From: an uncultured Bacteroidota bacterium | GTDB taxonomy: Bacteria; Bacteroidota; Bacteroidia; 2-12-FULL-35-15 | NCBI GenBank assembly: GCA_903919535.1 | Contig: CAIXIP010000008.1 | Location: 952-64,951, forward strand | Direction: 5' to 3' | Length of the DNA: 64,000 nt | Shown here: positions 1 through 9,607 of the stretch, in pieces | How the letters are laid out: each line of letters starts with the position of its first letter | Numbering within the stretch: the stretch's first letter is position 1 | The notes under the pieces: generated by a model | Databases searched by the model: none | Seen by the model: the letters and a program-made list of their open reading frames with translations, nothing else | What the model was told of the DNA's origin: nothing | Position numbers and translations under genes: made by a program

Positions 1-481
1 GTGGACGGGGATTTTCAAGTACATTTTCTTTTATCATTAATGAAGCGCCACCAGGTAATTTTTCTTCACCAGGTTGAAAGATCAATTTAATTGTCCCTTC
101 AAATTCATTTTTTAATTCATTTAAAATTTTAGCAGCACCAAGTAAAGATGCACTATGCACATCATGTCCGCATGCATGCATGATACCTGCATTTTTAGAT
201 TTGTATTCAACATTATTAATTTCAGTTATTGGTAACGCATCCATATCTGCCCGAAATGCAATAACTTTTTTCGATGGATTGTTTCCTTCTATCAATGCAA
301 CAATTCCTGTTTTTACGATGCCTTGTGAAAACGGAATATTGTATTGTTTCAACTTAGATGCGATATAGTCAGATGTAGCATATTCTTCGAAAGATAATTC
401 AGGATACGCATGTAAATGCCTTCTGATTTCAATAGTTTCGGAAAGATATTTTTTTGCAGCTATTTTTATTTTTTCTTTCAC
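1..481 (-). CDS. M20 family amidohydrolase (partial, runs off the window start)
   Basis: Manual translation from GTG at 481: MKEKIKIAAKKYLSETIEIRRHLHAYPELSFEE...FRADMDALP...MHACGHDVH...IFQPGEEK. These are M20D amidohydrolase motifs. Not in the ORF track because it is truncated. Confidence 0.9.
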   Translation of the reverse strand, partial: MKEKIKIAAKKYLSETIEIRRHLHAYPELSFEEYATSDYIASKLKQYNIPFSQGIVKTGIVALIEGNNPSKKVIAFRADMDALPITEINNVEYKSKNAGIMHACGHDVHSASLLGAAKILNELKNEFEGTIKLIFQPGEEKLPGGASLMIKENVLENPRP

Positions 482-489
482 AATAAAAT

Positions 490-852
490 TTATTTACCAA
501 AGATCATTTTTAGGGAAAGAAGAAATATGATTACACCAAATACTCTTTTTAAAGTTGTTTGATCCATTGCGATTGAAATTTTTGATCCAAAAAAACTTCC
601 AACAACAAAGGTGCAAGCGATAATTAATGCGGTTCTTGTTTCAATATGCCCTGCTTGATAATAATTATAAACACCCAGTATTCCGATAGGCATTAAAAAC
701 ATAAATAAAACTGTTCCTTGTGCCTGGTGTTGAGAGTACCCCAAAAAATAAATCAGCGCAGGAACAATAACGATTCCTCCTCCAATTCCTACCATACCAC
801 TTAAAATGCCCGCTAATAAGCCAATGCAAAGCAGAATAATAACTGTTGTCAT
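490..852 (-). CDS. Sulfite exporter TauE/SafE family membrane protein (short form)
   Basis: GLLAGILSGMVGIGGGIVIVPAL and QHQAQGT motifs, hydrophobic throughout. ATG at 852 preferred over the track start at 873. Confidence 0.8.
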   Translation of the reverse strand: MTTVIILLCIGLLAGILSGMVGIGGGIVIVPALIYFLGYSQHQAQGTVLFMFLMPIGILGVYNYYQAGHIETRTALIIACTFVVGSFFGSKISIAMDQTTLKRVFGVIIFLLSLKMIFGK

Positions 853-884
853 ATTGTATTTATTTTTTATCACGAAATATTGAA

Positions 885-3800
885 TTAAAAATCAAGACTT
901 AATGAGATGTACCAAAGTGGTTTTAAAATGATTCCATCCTGTACTCCCCACGCTCTGTCCAAACGAATGAAATAACCAAATAATCTACTTCTGATTCCCC
1001 AGCCATAGCCACCTATTAAAGGGTTGTGTTGTGTGTTCAGTGTGATTTCTAGTGGGCTACCTGGTGTGGCAATTACTGTTGTGTTCAACGAGTTTTTGTC
1101 AGAATAAGGGTCGTTACCGGTCCAGGCAGTTCCTAAGTCACCGAAAGTAATTATCTGAAAATTCTGGATAAAATCAGAACGAATCGGCCGTTTATATAAA
1201 TACTTGAAGATTGGGAATCGGAGTTCACTATTAATTACTACAAAGCTATTCCCATTACGTGCATTTTGATAAAAACCTCGCATATTTGTTGCTAATGTTT
1301 GATACGCATAATGTTGGTTTGTGGCAATGTTGGTTGTGTTATCAAAACGAGGGGTGATGTGATTATCAACGCCTCCCATATAATAAATAAGTTTTTGATT
1401 TCCGAAGGATGTACTAGCAGCAAAGCGGTTGGCCCAAATAAAATCACGGTGAATTTTTTTATAAAAACGCCAGTCGGTTCCGACAACAAAAAAATCTGTT
1501 TTGTCTTTGTCAATTTGTCTATAGTATTCTCCAAATAATTTCCCTCTCCATCCATTGTATAGATTTAATCCTCGCTTGATCGTATTGTCAAAAACGTATT
1601 CTAATTTAACCGTTCCCCAGTTTTCATAGGTGTTTTTTCGAAGTAGATTTGAATAATCAGTAGCTGTATAAACTGTTCTGTCATTACGATATGCAATGCT
1701 CGCACGTAAACTTGCAACTTCAGAAAAAGGAAACTTAAAGCTGTATCTGGCATCATGTGTATACACTTTTACTAAAGCATAATCTTGTGAAACATTCATC
1801 AAACTCTGACGATGCAACAAGATCTGTCGGTCAACATTTTTAATTCTATTTTCATAACTAAGAAAATATTCATTGCTATTTAAATTCCCAGAAAAGCGCA
1901 TTCCGCCTACAATACGATAGTCTTCAAAAAGGTCACTCATGCCAATTTTGAAGAAAGCATTTATGCCTGCATTCAAATAAATCGGACTTCCGCCACCGGT
2001 AAATTTTTGATATGATGAATTTAAAAACGAATTATCTAATTGTGATACAACATAATCAACTGAATAATTGATGTTGTAATTTCGTTGTTTACCTAATTGA
2101 AAATCAGCGTGCTTTTTTTCTTGACTAGCCGAGTCGCTTGTTATTAGCGGTTTTTTTTCTTGTTCTGATTTTTTCTCTGCTCTTTTTTGTTCGTTTTCAA
2201 ATGTATAATTATTAATATCTATTTCTGACGAATCCTTCTTTACAGGATCGCTGATATTAATTATCACTTTTACGTTTTCAGCTGTTGGTGTATCGTTCAG
2301 GTTTTTGTTTTTTACATTGGCTTCTACCTGCTCCTTTGTTTCCACCCTGTTTTTATAATCTCTATAAGATGTATTTTTTAAATCAACAGGAGCAAGGTTG
2401 TTGACACTTATCAGTGGACTAACAAATATTTTATATTTCCCATTCACATATATTATTTCAGATAATTTATTCGCTTTTATATTTACGTCTTGTTCTAAAA
2501 TGCTTCGAGAATAATTTGTAATTGGCATTGAAGAAACAACTGTTCGGTAATGAGCAGCAGTATCAACATACGCTATAACACTATCAAAACGGGCAATATA
2601 GCGGTTGCGAATCCCATTCATATCACTTAAATAAGAAATGTGGGTGCTGTCATAATCACCTGGATACATTTCATCAATTGAAGGTGTATTGGTAACTCGT
2701 TTCAGTACGTTCGATTTCGTAACATTATTAAAAATGAAAAGATCTTTGTGGGCTTGTGCATCATCCTGTTTTCGTTTAGGATTAAAGAATAGCGTATCAA
2801 CGGGCCTGTTGGAAGCAAAAATAATTTCTTTCGATCCATGAACAAATCGTGGTGTAAGATCATCATAAATATCTTTTGTTATTTGCTCATAAGCATTTGA
2901 AGCTGTTGTGAAAATAAAAAGGTCTGTCTGACCGGTTTGAACTGCCGACATAACAATTTTATTTCCTTCGGCATTGTATGAATAATCCAGTATTTTTTCG
3001 AACCCAATAACATTGCGTGAAGACCTGTCTTTTGTTTCCATGTCATACGTTGTCATAACCAAATAACCTTTTCGTTCAATGATGTACGAAAAAAGTTTTC
3101 CGCTCGGATGCCATGCTACTAAAGGGTAAGAGTAATCGTTTATGCGGTCTATTTTTTGTCCGGATTTTAAAAGACGTTTTGCTTTGTTTTTCTGAACATC
3201 ATATAACCAGAGTTTATATTGCCCTAATTCATTGGTTGCATACAAAACATAATTGCCATCAGGACTAACCTTTAATTGATTGTACACACGTGGTAATTTC
3301 GGTTTTTTAACAAGTAAATTTTCAGTTGGTAATGTTTTAAATCCATCCTTTTCTTCATATTTATTAGAAAACGATTCATAACATTCTTTCCATAAATTCT
3401 TAACAGAAATTCCTAAAACAAAAAGCGATGAGTTATCAATGTTTCTGCTCACTTTAGTCATGTATAACACATTTGAGATTACTGCTTCACCATAATTGTC
3501 TGCAATATGTCTCCAAAATGCGTGTCCGCCATAAGTCGCATCATTCCCTTCAAGGCGATTAATGTTTTTATAACGGCCACTAAGAATCCCATCTTTAACG
3601 TGATTGTCAATATCCGAATTCCAATCATTCGCAACATACGAAACTAGGCCATTGATATACCATTCGGGTAAGTTCAGTAAGGTGTTGTTTTTTACCATTT
3701 CTCGTATGTTTCCTCCATACATCATCTGGTCAATCATTACCTGTGCAATACCTCCACGAATTTGCGCATCTAATTTTGCATGGTCACCTTCGTAATATAA

Positions 3801-4208
3801 AATGATTTTTGAGCCAGCAATTCTTGTTACACCACCGGTGTTATATTGTTCATCAGTAGAAAGGCCAATGTTACTTTGTTTGAAATCAGATTGTTTGTTG
3901 TAAACAATAAATTGCAATTTTCCATCAAACGAATAATCGAACAATTTTTCAATATCTGTGATCTGTTTTTTTGCTGATACAGAAACATAATTGGCTAGCT
4001 CTCTTCCTTGTTCGTAGAAGTAAACATCGTATCTGTCATATTTGTAATATGTCCAAAAGAAGTCTTCATACTTCACACGATTTTTGCCAAAATCCATTTG
4101 TGAGCCAGTATAAAATTGAGCATCCGAAACATTATTCAAAAATATAATGCAACAGAAAAGGGAAATAAAAAAAACTCTTTTGAAAAGAGATGAAAAAATA
4201 GTAGGCAC
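885..4208 (-). CDS. Outer membrane protein with peptidase-MA-like N-domain, TolB/PD40 propeller and Omp85-like C-terminal barrel
   Basis: Signal peptide; FGKNRVKY; propeller repeats (VSPDGNYVLY, WHPSGKLF); MRGF motif; ELRFPIF...GYGWGIR...RLDRAWG; C-terminal F. Confidence 0.7.
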   Translation of the reverse strand: MPTIFSSLFKRVFFISLFCCIIFLNNVSDAQFYTGSQMDFGKNRVKYEDFFWTYYKYDRYDVYFYEQGRELANYVSVSAKKQITDIEKLFDYSFDGKLQFIVYNKQSDFKQSNIGLSTDEQYNTGGVTRIAGSKIILYYEGDHAKLDAQIRGGIAQVMIDQMMYGGNIREMVKNNTLLNLPEWYINGLVSYVANDWNSDIDNHVKDGILSGRYKNINRLEGNDATYGGHAFWRHIADNYGEAVISNVLYMTKVSRNIDNSSLFVLGISVKNLWKECYESFSNKYEEKDGFKTLPTENLLVKKPKLPRVYNQLKVSPDGNYVLYATNELGQYKLWLYDVQKNKAKRLLKSGQKIDRINDYSYPLVAWHPSGKLFSYIIERKGYLVMTTYDMETKDRSSRNVIGFEKILDYSYNAEGNKIVMSAVQTGQTDLFIFTTASNAYEQITKDIYDDLTPRFVHGSKEIIFASNRPVDTLFFNPKRKQDDAQAHKDLFIFNNVTKSNVLKRVTNTPSIDEMYPGDYDSTHISYLSDMNGIRNRYIARFDSVIAYVDTAAHYRTVVSSMPITNYSRSILEQDVNIKANKLSEIIYVNGKYKIFVSPLISVNNLAPVDLKNTSYRDYKNRVETKEQVEANVKNKNLNDTPTAENVKVIINISDPVKKDSSEIDINNYTFENEQKRAEKKSEQEKKPLITSDSASQEKKHADFQLGKQRNYNINYSVDYVVSQLDNSFLNSSYQKFTGGGSPIYLNAGINAFFKIGMSDLFEDYRIVGGMRFSGNLNSNEYFLSYENRIKNVDRQILLHRQSLMNVSQDYALVKVYTHDARYSFKFPFSEVASLRASIAYRNDRTVYTATDYSNLLRKNTYENWGTVKLEYVFDNTIKRGLNLYNGWRGKLFGEYYRQIDKDKTDFFVVGTDWRFYKKIHRDFIWANRFAASTSFGNQKLIYYMGGVDNHITPRFDNTTNIATNQHYAYQTLATNMRGFYQNARNGNSFVVINSELRFPIFKYLYKRPIRSDFIQNFQIITFGDLGTAWTGNDPYSDKNSLNTTVIATPGSPLEITLNTQHNPLIGGYGWGIRSRLFGYFIRLDRAWGVQDGIILKPLWYISLSLDF

Positions 4209-4315
4209 AATAAATTTTATTAGAATGCTAAAATACTAATTAATGGAACGATTTACAAGCACTTTTAATTGATGAATTTGTTATTTTTGCATGAAATTTA
4301 ATATTGATTTGAATT

Positions 4316-4957
4316 ATGATCACAATAAAAACATTTGTTTTTGGACCTTTTCAGGAAAACACATATTTGCTTTATGACGAAAGTAAGGAGTGTATTGTTA
4401 TTGATCCAGGCTGTTATGATAGCCATGAACGCGAAGAATTAACTGATTTTATTGAAGCCAATAAACTGAAGCCTGTTAAATTATTGAATACACATTGTCA
4501 TCTTGATCATATGTTTGGCAATGGGTTTATTACTGAAACTTACAAGATAAAACCAGAATTTGATAAAAACGAACAAATGGTTTTTGATACCTATCTTCCC
4601 ACAGCAAATATGTATAATCTTGAAGCATCACCATCTTCTGCTCCCGAAAAGTATTTGAAAGAAGGCGATGAGATTAAATTCGGAAATTCGACATTGGAAA
4701 TAACAAGCGTTCCGGGGCATTCACCTGGAAGTCTCACATTTTATAATCGCGAACAAAAATTTATGATCGTTGGTGATGTATTGTTCTACGGAAGTATTGG
4801 TAGAAGCGATTTGCCAGGGGGTAATCACAATACGCTAATATCAAGTATTCATACAAAGTTGTTGCCTCTTGGCGATGATTATACAGTTTACAGCGGACAT
4901 GGAAAATCAACTTCAATTGGTTTTGAGAGAATGAATAATCCTTATTTGAACGATTAA
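4316..4957 (+). CDS. MBL-fold metallo-hydrolase (glyoxalase II-like)
   Basis: THCHLDH, PGHSPGS, GDVLF and GHG motifs. Confidence 0.9.
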   Translation: MITIKTFVFGPFQENTYLLYDESKECIVIDPGCYDSHEREELTDFIEANKLKPVKLLNTHCHLDHMFGNGFITETYKIKPEFDKNEQMVFDTYLPTANMYNLEASPSSAPEKYLKEGDEIKFGNSTLEITSVPGHSPGSLTFYNREQKFMIVGDVLFYGSIGRSDLPGGNHNTLISSIHTKLLPLGDDYTVYSGHGKSTSIGFERMNNPYLND

Positions 4958-4971
4958 TATTTAGAGAATAG

Positions 4972-5002
4972 TTCTCCTTTGCAAAAGGGGAGAAATTTTT
5001 TT
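4972..5002 (+). terminator. Probable intrinsic terminator after the MBL hydrolase
   Basis: TTCTCCTTT-GCAAA-AGGGGAGAA stem (two G-U pairs) followed by a T7 tract. Confidence 0.55.
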
Positions 5003-5103
5003 GCCACCGAACATATTTCTACAAACTCAATACGACTACTTCGCGGTCAGTCTCATTTTGTAGAAGGACCAGTAACCTTATTCTTCGATTCAAAAAATAA
5101 TTA

Positions 5104-5325
5104 ATGATGATTAAACTAGGCAAATACAAGCACTACAAAGGAAAACAATACGAAGTAATTGGTGTTGCTCGCCATAGTGAAACCCTCGAAAATATGGTAG
5201 TTTACAAAGCGCTTTATTTGCCGGAAGGAGAAAATCTTTGGGTGCGACCATTAAATATGTTCATGGAAGAAGTTGAAGTGGATGGAAAAAAAGTTCCTCG
5301 GTTTGGGTATCTGGGAGATGTTTAA
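5104..5325 (+). CDS. DUF1653 domain protein
   Basis: GKYKHYKGKQYEVIGVARHSET...VVYKALY...WVRP..MF...RF signature. Confidence 0.9.
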   Translation: MMIKLGKYKHYKGKQYEVIGVARHSETLENMVVYKALYLPEGENLWVRPLNMFMEEVEVDGKKVPRFGYLGDV

Positions 5326-5429
5326 TTTTTTTGCCATTCTTAGCAGAGCCAAGAATATCATTAACCTGATTATTTAATTCTGTTCACTGCTAATAATATA
5401 AAAACGCGAGGGAGGTTGTTATTTCTTCT

Positions 5430-5906
5430 TTACTTATTGCTATAAAAGTCGAAATCAAAAAAATGTCTTTTATTATATTCCCAAATTTCTCCAATAAGTT
5501 TTTTCTCACATTTATCTATTGGAATTGCTTTTTTTTCTTGGAGTTCTAATAATGAACCGAAGTAAATTGAAAATGTATTTTTGTCAAATTGAATTGCCAT
5601 CCAATGTGCCGTTGCGCTATGCTTTATTTCTGACAAATGAGCTTTTTTATGAGCATTATTTCCAAGATTATACCGAGTGTTTAATGTTCCCTTCTTTTCG
5701 TATTTATTTCTAGCTTTTACACTTATGATATATTTTTTTCCTTCTTTTTCACATTCTAGGTCAGCAAAAGGTTCATTAAGTGTTTTATCATTTAAGTTTC
5801 TAATTTTATCAAAACCTCTATCTACTAAAGCTTTTATCGCAAATAATTCACCTAGTTCCCCAAGAGATTTTTTTCTAGCAGCTTCTTTTTTATTTAAATC
5901 GTTCAT
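5430..5906 (-). CDS. Putative PD-(D/E)XK-fold nuclease (restriction endonuclease/Hjc-like)
   Basis: GELGE..A...L...G helix, PFADL and IISVKAR motifs. Confidence 0.55.
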   Translation of the reverse strand: MNDLNKKEAARKKSLGELGELFAIKALVDRGFDKIRNLNDKTLNEPFADLECEKEGKKYIISVKARNKYEKKGTLNTRYNLGNNAHKKAHLSEIKHSATAHWMAIQFDKNTFSIYFGSLLELQEKKAIPIDKCEKKLIGEIWEYNKRHFFDFDFYSNK

Positions 5907-6019
5907 ATAATTTTCAATTATTTTTGCTTTTAAATTAACCCGTCACCAATTAAAATAAATGTACAAAAATTTGATAATATTATAATAAGTGCGTTTAGTG
6001 AAATAGAACAAGGGAATAA

Positions 6020-6044
6020 AAAATCCCGCCATTTGCGGGATTTT
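6020..6044. terminator. Intrinsic terminator downstream of serS
   Basis: AAAATCCCGC-CATTT-GCGGGATTTT perfect stem with A/T tails. Confidence 0.8.
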
Positions 6045-6070
6045 AAAAAAAACATTTTATGAAAATGAAA

Positions 6071-7342
6071 TTAATTAATCATTTCAAATCCACAATACGG
6101 AATCAACACTTTCGGAATTTTTATTCCTTCTGCAGTTTGATTGTTTTCCAATAAACAAGCTACAATACGAGGCAATGCCAACGCGCTTCCATTCAATGTG
6201 TGCGCCAATTGTGGTTTCCCATCGCCTTCTTTAAAACGTAGTTTCAAACGGTTACTTTGGAAAGTTTCAAAATTTGATACAGAACTTACCTCTAGCCATT
6301 TTTCTTGCGCTGCAGAAAAAGTTTCAAAATCATATGTTAAAGCAGAAGCAAAACTCATATCTCCACCGCATAATTTCAATGTGCGGAAAGGTAACTCCAG
6401 GTCACGTAATAAACCTGCAACATAGTTACGCATATCTTCTAATGTTTCGTATGATTTGTCAGGATGAGAAATTTGTACGATCTCCACTTTATCGAATTGA
6501 TGCAAACGGTTTAACCCTCTTACATCTTTTCCATAACTTCCTGCTTCTCTTCTAAAGCAAGGGGTGTAGCCACAATTTTTTATTGGTAATTGTTCTGCTT
6601 TTAAAATTACATCACGATAAATATTTGTAATAGGAACTTCAGCTGTTGGAATCAAGTATAAATTATCAATTGTTGCATGATACATCTGTCCTTCTTTATC
6701 GGGTAATTGTCCGGTTGCATATCCGGAAGTTTCATTCACTAATATAGGAGGCTGAATTTCTAAATATCCTGCTGCTGTTGCTCTGTCTAAAAAGAAATTT
6801 ATCAATGCACGTTGCAAGCGAGCAGCTTTCCCTTTGTATACAGGGAATCCGGCACCGGTTAATTTCACTCCCAATTCAAAATCTATAATATCATATTGGG
6901 TGGTTAGCTCCCAATGAGGTTTCGCGCCAGCATATAATTTTGGAATCTCCCCTTCCTGATACACATTTTCATTTTCTGCAGGTGTTTTTCCTTTTGGCAC
7001 AGTGCTATTTGGAGTATTCGGAACTTGCACTAATAATTTATATTGTTCTTCTTCAATAGCTTTCAGTTGATCAGAAAGTTTGTTTGAACTTTCTTTTACA
7101 GCAGCACTTTTGTTTTTTAAATCGTCAGCTTCCGCTTTTTTACCTTGTTTAAATAGATCACCAACTTGTTTTGCAATAGTATTTGCTTCGTTTAATAAGG
7201 AATCCAATTCCTTTTGGGTGGTTTTTCTAGCATCGTCCAATTCAAGTACTTTTTCCAAAATTGGTTTTGCATCAAAATTTTTGATAGCTAAACGAGCAAT
7301 CGCTTCGTTTTTATTTTCGCGGATATAGTTAAGTTGTAACAT
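6071..7342 (-). CDS. serS: Serine--tRNA ligase
   Basis: N-terminal coiled coil, LIPTAEVP, FRREAGSYG, RLHQFDKVE, HTLNGS. Confidence 0.97.
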   Translation of the reverse strand: MLQLNYIRENKNEAIARLAIKNFDAKPILEKVLELDDARKTTQKELDSLLNEANTIAKQVGDLFKQGKKAEADDLKNKSAAVKESSNKLSDQLKAIEEEQYKLLVQVPNTPNSTVPKGKTPAENENVYQEGEIPKLYAGAKPHWELTTQYDIIDFELGVKLTGAGFPVYKGKAARLQRALINFFLDRATAAGYLEIQPPILVNETSGYATGQLPDKEGQMYHATIDNLYLIPTAEVPITNIYRDVILKAEQLPIKNCGYTPCFRREAGSYGKDVRGLNRLHQFDKVEIVQISHPDKSYETLEDMRNYVAGLLRDLELPFRTLKLCGGDMSFASALTYDFETFSAAQEKWLEVSSVSNFETFQSNRLKLRFKEGDGKPQLAHTLNGSALALPRIVACLLENNQTAEGIKIPKVLIPYCGFEMIN

Positions 7343-7397
7343 ATATTTTTGTTGGTTGTTAGTTTTTTGTTGTAATCTATTTGAAGGACAAAAAATA

Positions 7398-7437
7398 AAA
7401 AATCTCCTAAACTTCTGTTGAAGCTCAGGAGATTTTT
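7398..7437. terminator. Intrinsic terminator downstream of rpmA
   Basis: AAAAATCTCCT...AGGAGATTTTT inverted repeat. Confidence 0.7.
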
Positions 7438-7455
7438 AAAAATTATTGAATAACC

Positions 7456-7722
7456 TTATGCTTCAGCAGTGAATGGAATAACCGAAACATACGATTTATC
7501 ATCGCGTTTCTTTTTAAATTCAACTGTTCCATCAGTTAAAGCGAATAAAGTATGGTCTTTACCAATACCAACGTTTGCACCTGGATTGTGTTTAGTACCT
7601 CTTTGACGAACGATAATGTTCCCAGAGATAGCTAATTGACCACCAAAAATTTTAACGCCTAAACGTTTACTTTGCGATTCGCGGCCGTTGTCGGAACTAC
7701 CCGCACCTTTTTTATGTGCCAT
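7456..7722 (-). CDS. rpmA: 50S ribosomal protein L27
   Basis: [21 protein letters not shown]...IIVRQRGT. Confidence 0.98.
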   Translation of the reverse strand: MAHKKGAGSSDNGRESQSKRLGVKIFGGQLAISGNIIVRQRGTKHNPGANVGIGKDHTLFALTDGTVEFKKKRDDKSYVSVIPFTAEA

Positions 7723-7783
7723 GTTTTCTAGTAATTATTTTATTATAAATTAAAAATCATGAATTGAATTCGATCAATTCAAA

Positions 7784-8278
7784 TTATTTAGCTTCTTTTT
7801 TAGCTGCTGCTTTCTTAGGAGCTGCTTTTTTAGTTGCAGTTTCTGTTTTAGCTGCTGCTTTTTTAGGAGCTGCTTTTTTTGTTGCTTTCACTTCAACTTC
7901 AGTTGTTTCAACTTTAGCTTTCGGTGCTTTTTTCTCAACAGAAATTTCATCTTTCAATGTTTCGCCTTTACCTAAAATTCCTTGAATAAGGATTTGAGAT
8001 AATTGCTGACGGTGACCATTTGATTTTTGGTAACCTTTTCTGCGTTTCTTTTTAAATACGATGACTTTGTCACCTTTTAGATGGGAAAGTACTGTTGCAG
8101 CTACTTTTGCACCATCTACTGAAGGGGTTCCAATTTGAATTTTTCCGTCATTGTCAATTAACAACACGTTATCAAATTCAATTTTAGACCCTTCGCTAGC
8201 TTCTAGGCGGTGAACATACACTTTAGTGCCACGTTCTACCTTAAATTGTTGCCCGGCTATTTCTACGATTGCGTACAT
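7784..8278 (-). CDS. rplU: 50S ribosomal protein L21 with Lys/Ala-rich C-terminal extension
   Basis: MYAIVEIAGQQFKV...KVIVFKKKRRKGY...GHRQ; adjacent to rpmA. Confidence 0.97.
   Translation of the reverse strand: MYAIVEIAGQQFKVERGTKVYVHRLEASEGSKIEFDNVLLIDNDGKIQIGTPSVDGAKVAATVLSHLKGDKVIVFKKKRRKGYQKSNGHRQQLSQILIQGILGKGETLKDEISVEKKAPKAKVETTEVEVKATKKAAPKKAAAKTETATKKAAPKKAAAKKEAK
7801..7886 (-). repeat. 48-bp-period tandem duplication in the rplU tail
   Basis: TAGCTGCTGCTTT(C/T)TTAGGAGCTGCTTTTTT starts at both 7801 and 7849 and encodes ATKKAAPKKAAAK twice. Confidence 0.85.
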
Positions 8279-8350
8279 TTTTTAGGGTTTTATTTGTTAA
8301 TACTACCCAAGCATAATTATTTCTTGGGGGCACGAAATTAAGAAAATATT

Positions 8351-9247
8351 TTATTCTGGCAAAGAAATGGAGCTTTTTTTCTTGTTTACCAGGTATACGC
8401 CTAGCAATATTAGGCCAATCCAAACAAAATGAAGCGGTAAAACAGCTTCGTTGTCAAAAAGCCCCCAACCCATTGCTACTATTGGTATAAGGTAGGTAAC
8501 GGAAGATGCAAAAAGGGCCGTTGTCTGCCGAATTAACACGTTAAAAACAATTACGGAAATGGCGGTGCCGAAAATTGCCAAAATTGCCACATATCCTAAA
8601 CTTTCCATCGCTTTTGGATTACTGGCAAAACGAACAGTGAAATCGGTAAATCCAAATAAATAAATTCCGGCCATAGGACCGATAAACATCATTGCCCAAA
8701 CAGTAGCAGTAATAGAATTAACATCATTCAAGCTCTTTTTTATGATATTGACACTAAGTCCGTAGCAAATAGTTGCGAGTACTACATAAAATCCAAATAA
8801 CAGATTATTATTCATGTCGATACTTTTGCCAACCATAAGTAAACCAATAGCTCCAACAAAGCCAATCATAATACCAATTGCATTTATCCAACGTGTTTTA
8901 ATGTTGAAAATTAAAACACCCAATAATAATGTAAATAAAGGAGTTAAAGAGTTTAACATGCCGGCTAAGGAGCTACTAATGCCGGTTTCTGCCTTTGTAA
9001 ATAAAAATGCAGGAATAAAATTTCCAATTACTCCCATGCCTAAAAATCCTTTCCAATGTTTGAGCATTGGCATTTTTACGTGTCGGAAGATGAGAGGAGA
9101 TAAAAATAAAAACGCAATAAGAATTCGAAGTGCAGCTACTTCTTCACTCGAATAAACTTCTAATCCTCTTTTCATTAAAATGAAGGAGCTCCCCCAAATA
9201 AGGGCTAAGGCGATTAAGATAATCCATTGAAGAAGTTTTTTGCTCAC
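8351..9247 (-). CDS. EamA/DMT family transporter
   Basis: LALIWGSSF and GMLNSLTPLF motifs, about 10 TM segments. GTG at 9247 preferred because the track's TTG at 9268 lies inside a TATCTTTG promoter element (9266-9273, minus strand). Confidence 0.9.
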   Translation of the reverse strand: MSKKLLQWIILIALALIWGSSFILMKRGLEVYSSEEVAALRILIAFLFLSPLIFRHVKMPMLKHWKGFLGMGVIGNFIPAFLFTKAETGISSSLAGMLNSLTPLFTLLLGVLIFNIKTRWINAIGIMIGFVGAIGLLMVGKSIDMNNNLLFGFYVVLATICYGLSVNIIKKSLNDVNSITATVWAMMFIGPMAGIYLFGFTDFTVRFASNPKAMESLGYVAILAIFGTAISVIVFNVLIRQTTALFASSVTYLIPIVAMGWGLFDNEAVLPLHFVWIGLILLGVYLVNKKKSSISLPE

Positions 9248-9390
9248 TTTTTTAAAATTAGTCGACAAAGATATTACAATTGTTGAATGACAAATGACGA
9301 TTCTAGCTGAAAAATTTATGAATTAAAATGTAATTTTGTAGAAATAAGCAAAAGAAAATAAATAAATCAATCAATCAAAATTCGAAAAAT

Positions 9391-9606
9391 ATGTCAACAG
9401 AAAAAATAACACTGAAAATAGAAGGCATGACTTGCGGACATTGCGAAAAATCAGTTAACAGAATTCTTACAGGAATCGAGGGTGTTTCAGAATGTTCTGT
9501 GTCACTTCAAAATTCTTCTGCGGAAGTTACATTTGATAATTCAAAAACTACAAAACACTTAATAGAAAAAGCTGTCAACGATAGTGAAATTTACAAAGCA
9601 AGTTAA
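9391..9606 (+). CDS. Heavy-metal-associated (CopZ-like) chaperone
   Basis: IEGMTCGHC motif, 71 aa. Confidence 0.9.
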   Translation: MSTEKITLKIEGMTCGHCEKSVNRILTGIEGVSECSVSLQNSSAEVTFDNSKTTKHLIEKAVNDSEIYKAS

Positions 9607-9607
9607 A

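Noticed and set aside
5340..5393. Integron attC site next to the nuclease gene
   Set aside because: There is only a 7-bp TTAGCAG/CTGCTAA inverted repeat, with no properly placed RYYYAAC/GTTRRRY boxes and no integrase in the window.
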